Shown: piece after piece, positions 47,308-57,665 of the stretch
Position numbering within the stretch: position 1 is the stretch's first letter
Layout of the letters: every line of letters begins with the position of its first letter
Origin: an uncultured Clostridia bacterium
GTDB lineage: Bacteria; Bacillota; Clostridia; Lachnospirales; UBA5962
Assembly: GCA_946481295.1 (NCBI GenBank)
Contig: CAMLLW010000002.1
Span: 33,898-97,897 of the forward strand
DNA length: 64,000 nt
Direction: 5' to 3'
Made by a program: the position numbers and the translations under genes
The notes under the pieces: model-generated
What the model was told of the DNA's origin: nothing
The model's database searches: none
Seen by the model: the letters and a program-made list of their open reading frames with translations, nothing else

Positions 47308-47862
47308 TTAATATCTTCTAATATATTTTTTACTTTTATTTTTCTCTAATACATGTTCCCAAAAATTATGAACAAATATAGCTATTATTGTACCTAAAAT
47401 CATTCCTCCAAGAACATCTGTTGGAAAATGCACCCCAAAATATAATCTTGAAAAACCTATTAAAAATGCGACAATTAAAGATATAATTCCTAATCTTTTA
47501 TTATAAAGTAAAATACTAACTGCTGCTTCAAATGAAGCTAAAGTATGTCCTGATGGAAATGAATAACCAGAAGGTTTCTTTATAAATTGAACTATTAATG
47601 TATTATCAACATTAAATGGCCTATTTCTAGCTACTAAATGTTTTAAAATTCCATTACCTAATATCACTCCACAAATTAAAGAAATAAAAACACAAATTCC
47701 TATTTTTCGTGTCTTTTTAAAATAAAAAAGAATAATAGCAACGACAAACCATATCATACCTTTATTGCCTATTGTAGTAAAAAACCCCATAATGTAATCC
47801 ATAAATTTACATTGAAAAAGAGATTGTATAGAATGTAAAATATTTAACTCAACTGATTGCAT
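47308..47862 (-). CDS. PAP2-family phosphatase (undecaprenyl-diphosphatase-like)
   Basis: KHLVARNRP, PSGHT, SRLYFGVHFPTD. Confidence 0.8.
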   Translation of the reverse strand: MQSVELNILHSIQSLFQCKFMDYIMGFFTTIGNKGMIWFVVAIILFYFKKTRKIGICVFISLICGVILGNGILKHLVARNRPFNVDNTLIVQFIKKPSGYSFPSGHTLASFEAAVSILLYNKRLGIISLIVAFLIGFSRLYFGVHFPTDVLGGMILGTIIAIFVHNFWEHVLEKNKSKKYIRRY

Positions 47863-48021
47863 TGTAATATTCTCCCTTTACTTTTTAATATTAATTTATT
47901 ATATGTTTTTTTTTTCTATTCTTCAACAAAAATATATAATAAATATATAATTATAAGATATTCAATGTATAAATTTTATGCTAACATTTTAATTTATTAA
48001 ATCTATAATATATTTTTATAA

Positions 48022-50676
48022 TTAATTATCTACAAATATTTTACATAATTCTGAGCCTACAATTGATATTAGAGAAAATGCTAAGGACATAATAATTTTT
48101 TCTATATTTAATGGAACTGTACTAAATATAATATTTAATATTGGAATATAAAGTGTTAAAATAAAAATAAAAATAGATATAAATATACATTTATTTAAAT
48201 ATTTATTTTCAAATAATTCTTTTTTTAGACCAATATACTTTTCCGTTCTTAAAGAATACGACATAAATAATTCACTAATAACTAATGTTGAAAAACATAT
48301 TGTTACTGCATCATTTACAGTATACATATTATAAGAAAATATAAATGAGCCTATAACAGATATTGTTATAAAAATACTTCTAAATAAAACAAGAAATTTT
48401 AATTTTCCTTCCATAATAGAACTATCTTTACTTCTAGGTTTACGGTCCATAATACCATCTTCTTTTTTTTCCATAGCTATTGCAAATGCAGGAAATGCAT
48501 CTGTCAATAAATTTATAAATAATAATTGAGTAGCTACTAATGATCCTGGAAAATCAAATAGTACCATTATTAATATTATAAAAATTTCTGCTATATTAGA
48601 TGATAATAAATATGAATTTACTTTTATTATATTACTATATATAATTCTTCCTTGTTCTACGGCTTTAACTATACTAATAAAATTATCATCTGTTAAAATC
48701 ATATCTGAAGCTTCCTTAGAAACATCTGTTCCTGTAATCCCCATAGCTATACCAATATCAGCTTTTTTTAATGCAGGTGCGTCATTTACACCATCACCAG
48801 TCATAGCTACAATATTTCCATTATCTTTTATTGCTTTTACAAGTCTAACTTTATGTTCTGGTGAAACTCTAGCAAATACATTTATACTTTTAACTTTTTC
48901 ACATAATTTTTGATCACTGCATTCATCTATTTCTTTTCCTTCTAATGATTCATTTTCTTTTGAAATTATTCCTAAATTTTTTGCTATTACACTTGCAGTA
49001 ATTTTATTATCTCCAGTTATCATTTTTACAGTTATGCCTGCTTTTTTACATTCTGATATAGCCTCTTTAACTCCTTCTCTTGGTGGATCTATCATGCATA
49101 TAAGACCTAAAAATATTAAATCTTTTTCTTCATTACATATTAAATCTTCACTATTAAAATTTCTAAAAGCAATACCTAAAACTCTTAAAGCTTCTGATGC
49201 AAATTGGGAATCTTTTTTTAGTATTTTATTTTTTATTTCATCTGTTAAATCAATATATTTTCCATCAATATATACTTTATTACAACGTGATAAAAGTTCA
49301 AAAGGTGCTCCTTTTGTATACATAATAATATGATCATCTTTTTTATGATAAGTAGACATTAATTTTCTTTCTGAATCAAAAGGTATTTCTCTAATTCTAG
49401 GATACTTTTTATTTAAATCATTTTTATCAAAAGAAAATTTTTTACCTAAAACTAACATAGCTCCTTCTGTCGGATCACCTATTATTTTCTCTTCTTTAAA
49501 ATCATATATAGAATCATTACAAAGAACAGCACCTTCTATAATAAGATATATATTTTTACTGATGAAATCTGTATTATCTTTTAAATATATATTTCCTTTA
49601 GAACTATATCCACTTCCTGTAACAGTATATTCATTATTTAAATCATACAATTTTACTATTGTCATTTTGTTTTGTGTTAAAGTACCTGTTTTATCAGAGC
49701 ATATTACATTAGTACTACCTAAAGTTTCTACTGCGCTAAGTCTTTTAACAATTACATTATATTTAACCATTCTTTGTACGCCTATAGCTAAAATAATTGT
49801 TACAACTATAGCTATGCCTTCTGGTATTGCAGCAACTGCTAATGTTACAGACATCATAAATATATTTAGAATATCCATTCCTTTTAATACGCCTATAAAA
49901 AAGATTAAAATACATATTAAAATACAAGCTATGCCAAGCTTTTTTGCTAGATCATCTAATTTTTCTTGTAAAGGGGTTTTTTCTTCTTCATCATTAGTTA
50001 AAAGTGTTGCTATATTTCCTATTTGAGTTTCCATTCCTGTAGAATATACAACTCCAATTCCTCTACCATAAGTCACTACTGTACCCATATATGCACAGTT
50101 TATTCTATCTGCTAATTCTGTATTATTATCTAATATTTTAGTGGAATCTTTATTTATAGATATAGATTCACCCGTTAATGAAGACTCATCTATTTTTAAA
50201 TTTATACTTTCTATAAGTCTTAAATCTGCAGGTATATAATCTCCAGTATCTAAAATAACAATATCACCTGGGACTAATTCATTAGAATTTATTTTTTCTA
50301 TATGATTATTACGTTTTACTTTTGTTTTGGGAGATGTCATTTCTTTTAGAAGATTTAAAGCATTATTTGCTTTACTCTCATGATTTATACTGATGATAAT
50401 ATTAAGAATTACTATACAAATTATTATAATTCCATCTAAAAATTCACCAGTAAAAATTATAGATATAATTGCTGCTATTATTAATATTATTACTAAAAAA
50501 TCATTAAACTGTTCTAAAACCATTTTTAGCTTTGACTTGCCTTTTGATTCTTTTAATTTATTTTCTCCATATTTTTCAATTCTCAGCTTATATTCATAAT
50601 CTGTAAGACCCGTTATTTTATTGGTTTTTAAATCAATAATAGTTTCCTCTACACTTTTCGAATAATAATTTTTCAA
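48022..50676 (-). CDS. Cation-transporting P-type ATPase (Ca2+-type, P2A/P2B-like)
   Basis: CSDKTGTLT, TGDN, GDGVNDAPALKKADIG, PEGI in TM4. TTG start after GGGGGAAG. Confidence 0.9.
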   Translation of the reverse strand: MKNYYSKSVEETIIDLKTNKITGLTDYEYKLRIEKYGENKLKESKGKSKLKMVLEQFNDFLVIILIIAAIISIIFTGEFLDGIIIICIVILNIIISINHESKANNALNLLKEMTSPKTKVKRNNHIEKINSNELVPGDIVILDTGDYIPADLRLIESINLKIDESSLTGESISINKDSTKILDNNTELADRINCAYMGTVVTYGRGIGVVYSTGMETQIGNIATLLTNDEEEKTPLQEKLDDLAKKLGIACILICILIFFIGVLKGMDILNIFMMSVTLAVAAIPEGIAIVVTIILAIGVQRMVKYNVIVKRLSAVETLGSTNVICSDKTGTLTQNKMTIVKLYDLNNEYTVTGSGYSSKGNIYLKDNTDFISKNIYLIIEGAVLCNDSIYDFKEEKIIGDPTEGAMLVLGKKFSFDKNDLNKKYPRIREIPFDSERKLMSTYHKKDDHIIMYTKGAPFELLSRCNKVYIDGKYIDLTDEIKNKILKKDSQFASEALRVLGIAFRNFNSEDLICNEEKDLIFLGLICMIDPPREGVKEAISECKKAGITVKMITGDNKITASVIAKNLGIISKENESLEGKEIDECSDQKLCEKVKSINVFARVSPEHKVRLVKAIKDNGNIVAMTGDGVNDAPALKKADIGIAMGITGTDVSKEASDMILTDDNFISIVKAVEQGRIIYSNIIKVNSYLLSSNIAEIFIILIMVLFDFPGSLVATQLLFINLLTDAFPAFAIAMEKKEDGIMDRKPRSKDSSIMEGKLKFLVLFRSIFITISVIGSFIFSYNMYTVNDAVTICFSTLVISELFMSYSLRTEKYIGLKKELFENKYLNKCIFISIFIFILTLYIPILNIIFSTVPLNIEKIIMSLAFSLISIVGSELCKIFVDN

Positions 50677-50750
50677 TTAAAACTTCCCCCTTAGGATTTA
50701 ATATCTTATGTTAAATTATTATTACATTAGTTTATTTTAAAAAGGCATTT

Positions 50751-51263
50751 TTATTTATCTAAAATTTTAATGCCTGTTTTATATAACCCTTTTAAAATAG
50801 GATATATTTCTCCATTTTCTAAAATTTCTATAAATCCATAACTAGCTACTCTTATACCTCTTGGTAATGAAAGACTTCCGGGATTTAAAAATAATATACC
50901 TTCTTTATAAAATAGTTCTGGATAATGCGTATGACCAAATAAACATATATTTACATTTAATGATTTTGAAAATTCTATTATATCTAAATAATCAAATTTA
51001 ACATCATGTTTATGTCCATGACAAATATATATTTTTACTCCATTTATATCTAATATATCATATTCTTTTTCTGAAGAAGTAAAATCACAATTTCCACAGA
51101 CTGAAAAAATTTCTTTATCTGGACATAAATTTTTTATATGATTTACATCACTAACACAATCTCCTAAGTGAATAATTTTATCAAAATTTCCATTTTCATA
51201 ATCTAATACAGTATCTAAATTTTTTAGTATCATATGTGTATCACTTAAAACTAGAATTTTCAT
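50751..51263 (-). CDS. YfcE/MJ0936-family metallophosphoesterase
   Basis: LSDTH, GDCV, GNCD, GHTH, 170 aa. Confidence 0.85.
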   Translation of the reverse strand: MKILVLSDTHMILKNLDTVLDYENGNFDKIIHLGDCVSDVNHIKNLCPDKEIFSVCGNCDFTSSEKEYDILDINGVKIYICHGHKHDVKFDYLDIIEFSKSLNVNICLFGHTHYPELFYKEGILFLNPGSLSLPRGIRVASYGFIEILENGEIYPILKGLYKTGIKILDK

Positions 51264-51272
51264 TATATCCTC

Positions 51273-51869
51273 CTAAATAAATTTATAACTTTTTAATTTA
51301 TCTTTCATTTTTAACAATGCTTTATATCTATGACTAATTTTAGATTTTTCTTCTTTTGAAATTTGAGCTAAATTTTTATCTATACTTTCTAAATAGAAAA
51401 TAGGGTCATATCCAAAACCATTTTCTCCTTTTGCTTCTAAAGAAATATATCCTTCTAATGTATCTTTAACACAAAAGCTATCACCACTTGGAAAATAACA
51501 AGCTATACAACATACAAATCTAGCTGTACGATTATTCCAATCTACATCTTTTAGCATTTCTAATATTTTTCTATTTTTTATATTATATGGTGTATCCTCT
51601 CCTAAAAATCTTGAAGAATATATTCCTGGTTTTTTATCTAAAAAATCTATTTCTAATCCTGAATCATCTGCTAATACAATTTTATTTGTTAATTTGCATA
51701 TTTCCTTAGCTTTTTTTAAAGCATTTTCTTCATATGTTTGTCCATCTTCTTCTATATTTACATTTAAATTTAAATCATCTAAAGAAAATACTTTATACTC
51801 TGTATCCTTCATTATTTCTTTTATTTCTTTTAATTTTCCCTTATTACTTGTTCCAACAACTATATCCAA
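51273..51869 (-). CDS. rdgB: dITP/XTP pyrophosphatase (RdgB/HAM1 family)
   Basis: GTSNKGKLKE, ADDSGL, FGYDPIF. TTG start after AGGAGG. Confidence 0.9.
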   Translation of the reverse strand: MDIVVGTSNKGKLKEIKEIMKDTEYKVFSLDDLNLNVNIEEDGQTYEENALKKAKEICKLTNKIVLADDSGLEIDFLDKKPGIYSSRFLGEDTPYNIKNRKILEMLKDVDWNNRTARFVCCIACYFPSGDSFCVKDTLEGYISLEAKGENGFGYDPIFYLESIDKNLAQISKEEKSKISHRYKALLKMKDKLKSYKFI

Positions 51870-51884
51870 ATCATTAACCTCCTA

Positions 51885-51916
51885 AAAATCCCCTTTAATT
51901 AAAAGGGGATTTTTTG
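51885..51916. terminator. Terminator between hpf and rdgB
   Basis: AAAATCCCCTTT-AATT-AAAAGGGGATTTT. Confidence 0.65.
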
Positions 51917-51927
51917 TATTAAATATT

Positions 51928-52479
51928 TTAATAATCTACCTCTATAATTCCATAAGAATTATTATTCCTTTTATATACTACATTTACTTCTTCTGATTCA
52001 GAATTCCTAAATACAAAAAAATTATGGTTTGTAAGCTCCATTTCCATTACTGCTTCTTCTACATCCATTGGTTTTATATCAAATCTTTTAATTTTTTTAA
52101 TTTCTATTTTATCTTTTTCATCTGAATTTAAATCTAAATCTTCTTCTGAAAATGAAGTTATAAATTCTTCTTTAAAAGAATTATCTTTTTTTACTTTACT
52201 TCTTAATCTTCCTTTATATTTTTGTATTTGCTTTTCTAATATATCAGCAACATTATCTATTGCTGCATACATATCAATATCTACAGATTCTCCCCTTAAA
52301 ATACGTTTTTTTAGTGGTATTGTAACTTCTACCTTGTTATCTAATTTTACTACTTTATAGGTAACTGTAACCTGTGTATCATCTGGAATAAACTTTTCTA
52401 GTTTTGATAATTTTTGAATTGTTATTTGTTTAATTGCATCAGATACAACTGTATCTTTCCCTATGAATGAATAACGCAT
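51928..52479 (-). CDS. hpf: Ribosome hibernation promoting factor (long form)
   Basis: S30AE N-terminal domain plus a C-terminal dimerisation domain (KRFDIKPMDVEEAVMEMELTNHNFFVF). The start is taken at ATG 52479. Confidence 0.9.
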   Translation of the reverse strand: MRYSFIGKDTVVSDAIKQITIQKLSKLEKFIPDDTQVTVTYKVVKLDNKVEVTIPLKKRILRGESVDIDMYAAIDNVADILEKQIQKYKGRLRSKVKKDNSFKEEFITSFSEEDLDLNSDEKDKIEIKKIKRFDIKPMDVEEAVMEMELTNHNFFVFRNSESEEVNVVYKRNNNSYGIIEVDY

Positions 52480-52660
52480 TATAATCACTCCTTCATGTGC
52501 ATTTTTAATAACTATTATAATAATTATACCAAATTTATCAAATTTATTCTACTAATTATAATTAGTTATATTTTATATTAATTTATATAAAAATTTATAT
52601 AATTTATAATTAATTATTTTTTAAAATAACAAATATTATACAACTTTTATGTATAAATTT

Positions 52661-52697
52661 AAAAAAGATAAGAAATTTCAAATTTCTTATCTTTTTG
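52661..52697 (-). terminator. Intrinsic terminator after the aldolase gene
   Basis: AAGATAAGAAATTT-CA-AAATTTCTTATCTT flanked by A/T runs. Confidence 0.6.
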
Positions 52698-52749
52698 TAG
52701 AAATATATATTTATAAATATTTAAAATTTTAATTATATAATAATATAAA

Positions 52750-53616
52750 TTAATTTTTTATAGGGGTACTTTTCCCAACACATCCACAAACTTTTATTCT
52801 TCCCATAACAAATTCTTTAACAGATTTTATTCCTTCTTTGCCATATTTTTTAGGATCTATAGCATCAGGATTTTCTGATAAATATTTTTTTACACCATTG
52901 CTATAGGCAATTCTTAATTCTGTTGCATAGTTAACTTTACATATACCTCTTTTAATAGATTCTATTATTAAATTATCGTCTATACCTGAACCACCATGAA
53001 GTACTAAAGGAATATCTACTTCATTTCTTATTTCTGATAATCTATTTAAATCAAGTTTTGGATCTCCTTTATATAAACCATGAGCAGTTCCTATTGCTAC
53101 CGCTAATGATGTTACACCTGTTTTTTCTACAAAATACTTGGCTTGTAATGGATCAGTATAATTATCTCCTTCTCCACCATCTAAATCGTCTTCTTTTCCG
53201 CCAATTTTACCAAGTTCAGCTTCTACAGGTATATTTGATGGAGTACATGCATTAACTACAGATCTAGTTAATCTTATATTTTCATCAAAATCACTATGTG
53301 AACCATCTATCATAATAGATGTATATCCTGCTCTTAAAGCTTGCATTGCTAACTCAAAACTAGAACCATGATCTAAGTGCATAACTACAGGAATCCTACT
53401 ATTTTCTGCAGCAGCTTTAGTGTTTGCTAAATAATAATTTAACCCTGCATAGTTAACTGTGGATGGTGTTGTTTGTAATATCACAGGAGCATCTAGTTCT
53501 TCAGCAGCTTCAATAACTGCTATAACCATTTCCATGTTTTCTACATTAAATGCACCAACTGCATAATTTCCTTTTTGTGCTCGTAATAACATTTCATTAG
53601 TAGTAGTTAATCCCAT
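52750..53616 (-). CDS. Class II ketose-bisphosphate aldolase (tagatose-1,6-bisphosphate aldolase GatY/KbaY-like / FBA family)
   Basis: GNYAVGAFNVENMEM, VILQTTPSTVNYAG, HLDHG, VLHGGSG, 288 aa. Confidence 0.85.
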   Translation of the reverse strand: MGLTTTNEMLLRAQKGNYAVGAFNVENMEMVIAVIEAAEELDAPVILQTTPSTVNYAGLNYYLANTKAAAENSRIPVVMHLDHGSSFELAMQALRAGYTSIMIDGSHSDFDENIRLTRSVVNACTPSNIPVEAELGKIGGKEDDLDGGEGDNYTDPLQAKYFVEKTGVTSLAVAIGTAHGLYKGDPKLDLNRLSEIRNEVDIPLVLHGGSGIDDNLIIESIKRGICKVNYATELRIAYSNGVKKYLSENPDAIDPKKYGKEGIKSVKEFVMGRIKVCGCVGKSTPIKN

Positions 53617-53643
53617 TAATATTTCCCCTTTTTTATATTATTA

Positions 53644-55569
53644 TTAATTATTATTTTCTAACAACATATTTACTATTTCTTCTCTTGTTTTTGCATTTAA
53701 TATGCCATCTATAAATCCTTCTTTTGTTAATTTAGAAGATAATTTAGCTAAAGTTTTTAAGTGCAAATCACTATCTGTATCACTAGCAGCTATCATAAAC
53801 ACTAAATTTACTGTGCTATTATTATCACCTTCAAATATAAAACCTTCTTTAGATATTCCTACAGCAACTCTTGCAGTATTTACTGCTTTTGTTTTTGCAT
53901 GTGGCATTGCTATACCCATACCTACATCTGTAGAAGACATCTCTTCTCTTTTGTATATTTCTGATTTATATAACTCTTTATCATTTAAAATATTTGCATC
54001 AGCTAATAAATCAATCATTTCATCTAAAACTTCTTTTTTATTTGTACCTTTTAATTCTAAAGTAACTAATTGTGGTTCAAATAAACATGGTTCTTCTTCT
54101 ACAATTTCTTTAGATTCTTCTGTAACTTTATTTTTTTCATTTTCTAATTCTTTACTTGATATTTTATTTTCTGCTTCTACAGTTGTTTTTTGTAAGTTAG
54201 GCATTAATAAAATATACATAATTGCTCCTACAATAGAACCTGCTAAAATACATAATACCCATACTAAAGGTTTATTAACAAGACCTAATACTAAAAATCC
54301 TCCTTGAGGTGCTGGCACTGTTATTTTAAATAAGTATGATAACACTGCAGATACTGAAGAAGCTGTCATTAATGTAGGTATAACTTTAATAGGATTTTTT
54401 GAAGCAAATGGTATTGCTCCTTCAGTTATATGTGAACATCCTAAAATATAATTTACTAAAGCTGCTGTTCTTTCTTCTTCAGTAAATCTATTTTTAGCTA
54501 TTGTTGCAGCTATAGCTAATGCTAGTGGAGGTGTCATACATGCTGCAGAAACACCAGCCATAAAATAGTAATTACCTTCACTTAAAAGCATTGTACCTGA
54601 AACATAAGCAGCTTTATTAATTGGACCACCCATATCAGATGCAGCCATACATCCTATAACTATACCTAGTAGTATAGGATTATTGTTTTGTAAATTTGCT
54701 AAGAAATCCATTAATACACGATTTAACCATGCACAAGGATCTGCCAATACTACCATGAAAAGACCTACTATAAATATTGAAACTATAGGAATTAAAAATA
54801 TAGATTTAAATCCTTCTAGTTGTCTAGGTACTTTTTTAAGTGCAAATAAAATTCCTAATACTAAATAACCAGCAAAGAAACCACCTAAAATTCCTCCAAG
54901 GAAACCTGCACCAGTTTCATGTGCTATAACTCCTCCAACAAAACCTGCTAACATACCTGGTCTTCCTGATATTGACTGTGCTATAAAACCAGCTAAAACA
55001 GGAACCATAAGTCCCATAGAATATCCACCGATTTTATTAAGAGTTGCAGCTATAACATTATATTGATCTGATGTTGGATCAGCGGAGTAAATACCCCATA
55101 AAAATGATAAAGCAGTTAAAATACCACCTGCGACTACAAGTGGTAGCATATGAGAAACTCCACTCATCAAATGTTTATATATTATATGACCTATAGATAA
55201 TTTTTCTTCTTCTTGTCCTTTTGAAGCATCTGAACTACTTCTTTCGCCTTTTCTTATAGGTACATTTCCATCTATACATTTTTGTATAAGTTCATTTGCT
55301 CTATGTATACCATCTTTAACAGGAACTTCGATAACTGGTTTCCCATTAAATCTATCCATATCTACATTTTTATCACATGCTACTATTATGGCATCTGCAT
55401 TTTCTATATCTTCTTTAGTAAGTGCATTTTCTACACCTACTGCTCCATTCGTTTCTACTTTAATATCACAGCCTAATTCTTTAGCTGCTTTTTTTAAGGA
55501 CTCTTCTGCCATGTATGTGTGAGCAATTCCTGTGGGACAACCTGTTACCCCCAATATCTTTTTACCCAT
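53644..55569 (-). CDS. PTS fructose-family transporter, fused IIB-IIC-IIA
   Basis: IIB GVTGCPTGIAHTYMA at the N-terminus, a central multi-TM IIC, and a C-terminal IIA(Fru/Mtl) with GIAMPHAKT. Confidence 0.9.
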   Translation of the reverse strand: MGKKILGVTGCPTGIAHTYMAEESLKKAAKELGCDIKVETNGAVGVENALTKEDIENADAIIVACDKNVDMDRFNGKPVIEVPVKDGIHRANELIQKCIDGNVPIRKGERSSSDASKGQEEEKLSIGHIIYKHLMSGVSHMLPLVVAGGILTALSFLWGIYSADPTSDQYNVIAATLNKIGGYSMGLMVPVLAGFIAQSISGRPGMLAGFVGGVIAHETGAGFLGGILGGFFAGYLVLGILFALKKVPRQLEGFKSIFLIPIVSIFIVGLFMVVLADPCAWLNRVLMDFLANLQNNNPILLGIVIGCMAASDMGGPINKAAYVSGTMLLSEGNYYFMAGVSAACMTPPLALAIAATIAKNRFTEEERTAALVNYILGCSHITEGAIPFASKNPIKVIPTLMTASSVSAVLSYLFKITVPAPQGGFLVLGLVNKPLVWVLCILAGSIVGAIMYILLMPNLQKTTVEAENKISSKELENEKNKVTEESKEIVEEEPCLFEPQLVTLELKGTNKKEVLDEMIDLLADANILNDKELYKSEIYKREEMSSTDVGMGIAMPHAKTKAVNTARVAVGISKEGFIFEGDNNSTVNLVFMIAASDTDSDLHLKTLAKLSSKLTKEGFIDGILNAKTREEIVNMLLENNN

Positions 55570-55645
55570 ATCAATTAAAATCCTTTCGTGAAATTTTTGT
55601 AAAAATAAATTTTATTAATTTAAAAAATCCATAACTAAACATATA

Positions 55646-56569
55646 TTAGATTATTTTCCTTACTTTTATATTTTTTACATATGAATCGATATTTTCTAAT
55701 TTACCAATACCGTCACTTTCAGCAACATTTGCTCCTGTTGCTGATGCAAATTTTAGAGCTTCTTCTATATTTTGATCATCAAATAACCATTTACTCATAA
55801 ATGCTGCTAAACAAGAATCTCCTGCACATGCAGAACTTACTAAATTCACCTTTTGAGCATTTGCAAAATAAATATTTTTGCCATTATAAAAATATAAACC
55901 TTTATCTCCCATTGTTAAAAGTATATTTCTTGCTCCTTGTTTGCTTAGATATAATAATATATCTTTAATATCACTTTCATTAGATATATTCATACCAAAT
56001 ATATCTTTTATTTCTTCATCATTAGGTTTTATTAAATATGGTTTGTACTTTAAAAGATCTTTTAATTTATTAGAACTTATATCTAATATAACTTTTACAT
56101 TCTTTTTTTGACATAATTTTAGTATTTCGTCATAAAATATGGCATCTATTCCTGGTGGAAGACTACCACTTATACAAAGATACTCAACATCTTGCAAATT
56201 ATCTATTATTCTTAACATTTCTTCTTGCTTATTTCTTTTTATGTAAGAACCATTAGTTAATATTTTATATTCATTATTAGAATTATTTAAAAATATATTT
56301 ATTCTAGTATTTTCTTCTACATTGACAGGAATTACTTTTATATCTCTTTTTTCTAAATTCTCTAATATAAATCTACCAGAGAATCCTCCAAAAAAGCCTA
56401 AAACTTTTGATTCTATATTATAATGTTTGAGCACTAATGTTACATTTATACCTTTTCCATTAGGAGAATAGATTGTTTTAGAACATCTGTTAACAACTTT
56501 AGCCTGTATTTTTGAATCTAATTTAATATTCATATCTATAGCAGGATTTGTTGTAAGTGTATATATCAT
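55646..56569 (-). CDS. 1-phosphofructokinase-family (PfkB) ketose-1-phosphate kinase
   Basis: MIYTLTTNPAIDM, GKGINV, GAGDS-like CAGDSCLAAF, ATGANVA, 307 aa. Confidence 0.85.
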   Translation of the reverse strand: MIYTLTTNPAIDMNIKLDSKIQAKVVNRCSKTIYSPNGKGINVTLVLKHYNIESKVLGFFGGFSGRFILENLEKRDIKVIPVNVEENTRINIFLNNSNNEYKILTNGSYIKRNKQEEMLRIIDNLQDVEYLCISGSLPPGIDAIFYDEILKLCQKKNVKVILDISSNKLKDLLKYKPYLIKPNDEEIKDIFGMNISNESDIKDILLYLSKQGARNILLTMGDKGLYFYNGKNIYFANAQKVNLVSSACAGDSCLAAFMSKWLFDDQNIEEALKFASATGANVAESDGIGKLENIDSYVKNIKVRKII

Positions 56570-56621
56570 ATTTCCCTCCTTAATTAATTATTTCTATATA
56601 TAATTATAATTCTATTCTCCC

Positions 56622-56635
56622 TGAAAATGTTTTCT
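56622..56635. promoter_or_regulatory. cre-like / operator-like dyad upstream of the kinase-PTS-aldolase operon
   Basis: TGAAAATGTTTTCT has GAAAA-TG-TTTTC inverted arms. It differs from the cre core at the central CG. Confidence 0.3.
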
Positions 56636-56672
56636 AAAATTGAAAATAAAATTTATAAGAAGTTATTTATAA

Positions 56673-57413
56673 CTACTTGTACATTGTGATATAATCTATA
56701 ATTATCCTAGATATTATATGTAATGATACTCTAGAAGCAACTTCATATGTAGATATAGAATTATGATTATGTTTATAACCTACAATATAATTATCTGATA
56801 AACTTAAAAGCTCTGAATCCTTATTACAACAACAAGTAATAACATTAGCTCCACATAAATTAGCATTTTTAGCTGATGTTATAAGTTCTTGCGTTTTTCC
56901 ATTTAAAGAAAAAATAAAAAGAGTCTCGTCTTTTTTCATATTATTAGATTTAATTTTCATTACATTAGGATCTACTATTGAAAAAGCATTAAAATCTAAT
57001 AGTTCTAGTTTAAACATAAATTCTTCTGCTACATGACTAGTTAATCCTCTAGCTATTATATATATACGTCTTGATGACATTAATTTATTTTTAATATTTT
57101 CTAGAGATTCTAGAGATATTTGTTCTATAACTCTTTGTGCCTCTATAAGAGATTTATTTAAAACTTCTACTGTGCTATAAGTTATATTATCTTTGTCTTC
57201 TAATGCTAACTTATATCTAAGTTCATTAAAACCATTTAATCCACATTTTCTTATAGCTCTTGACACTGTTGCCGGAGAACAAAATGTTTCACATGCAATA
57301 TCTACAATAGATAATTTTGACAATCTATTTTTATTTTCATTTATAAATCTTATAACTGCAAGTTCAGTTCTAGACAATTTTTCTATAATATTATTGTCAA
57401 TTGTTATGAACAT
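56673..57413 (-). CDS. MurR/RpiR-family transcriptional regulator (HTH plus SIS domain)
   Basis: N-terminal HTH_6 (LSIVDIACETFCSPATVSRAIRKCG) and a C-terminal SIS domain. Confidence 0.85.
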   Translation of the reverse strand: MFITIDNNIIEKLSRTELAVIRFINENKNRLSKLSIVDIACETFCSPATVSRAIRKCGLNGFNELRYKLALEDKDNITYSTVEVLNKSLIEAQRVIEQISLESLENIKNKLMSSRRIYIIARGLTSHVAEEFMFKLELLDFNAFSIVDPNVMKIKSNNMKKDETLFIFSLNGKTQELITSAKNANLCGANVITCCCNKDSELLSLSDNYIVGYKHNHNSISTYEVASRVSLHIISRIIIDYITMYK

Positions 57414-57665
57414 TTTTTAACCTCCTTTAAATTATATTTCAATTTTAAAAAAATATATAAAATTATAAATTAATAGTTAAATGAAGAAGCTACAAAATAA
57501 AAAAGTTACGATTATATCATAACTTTTTATTTTATTTTAATTACTAAATTATAAGTTTATAAACAATATAAATTATAGCATACTAAACAATTTTTTTCTA
57601 TCTTTACAAAATAATTTTTATTTTAAATTATATCTAATATTCATTTTTTAATATTTTTTTTATTA

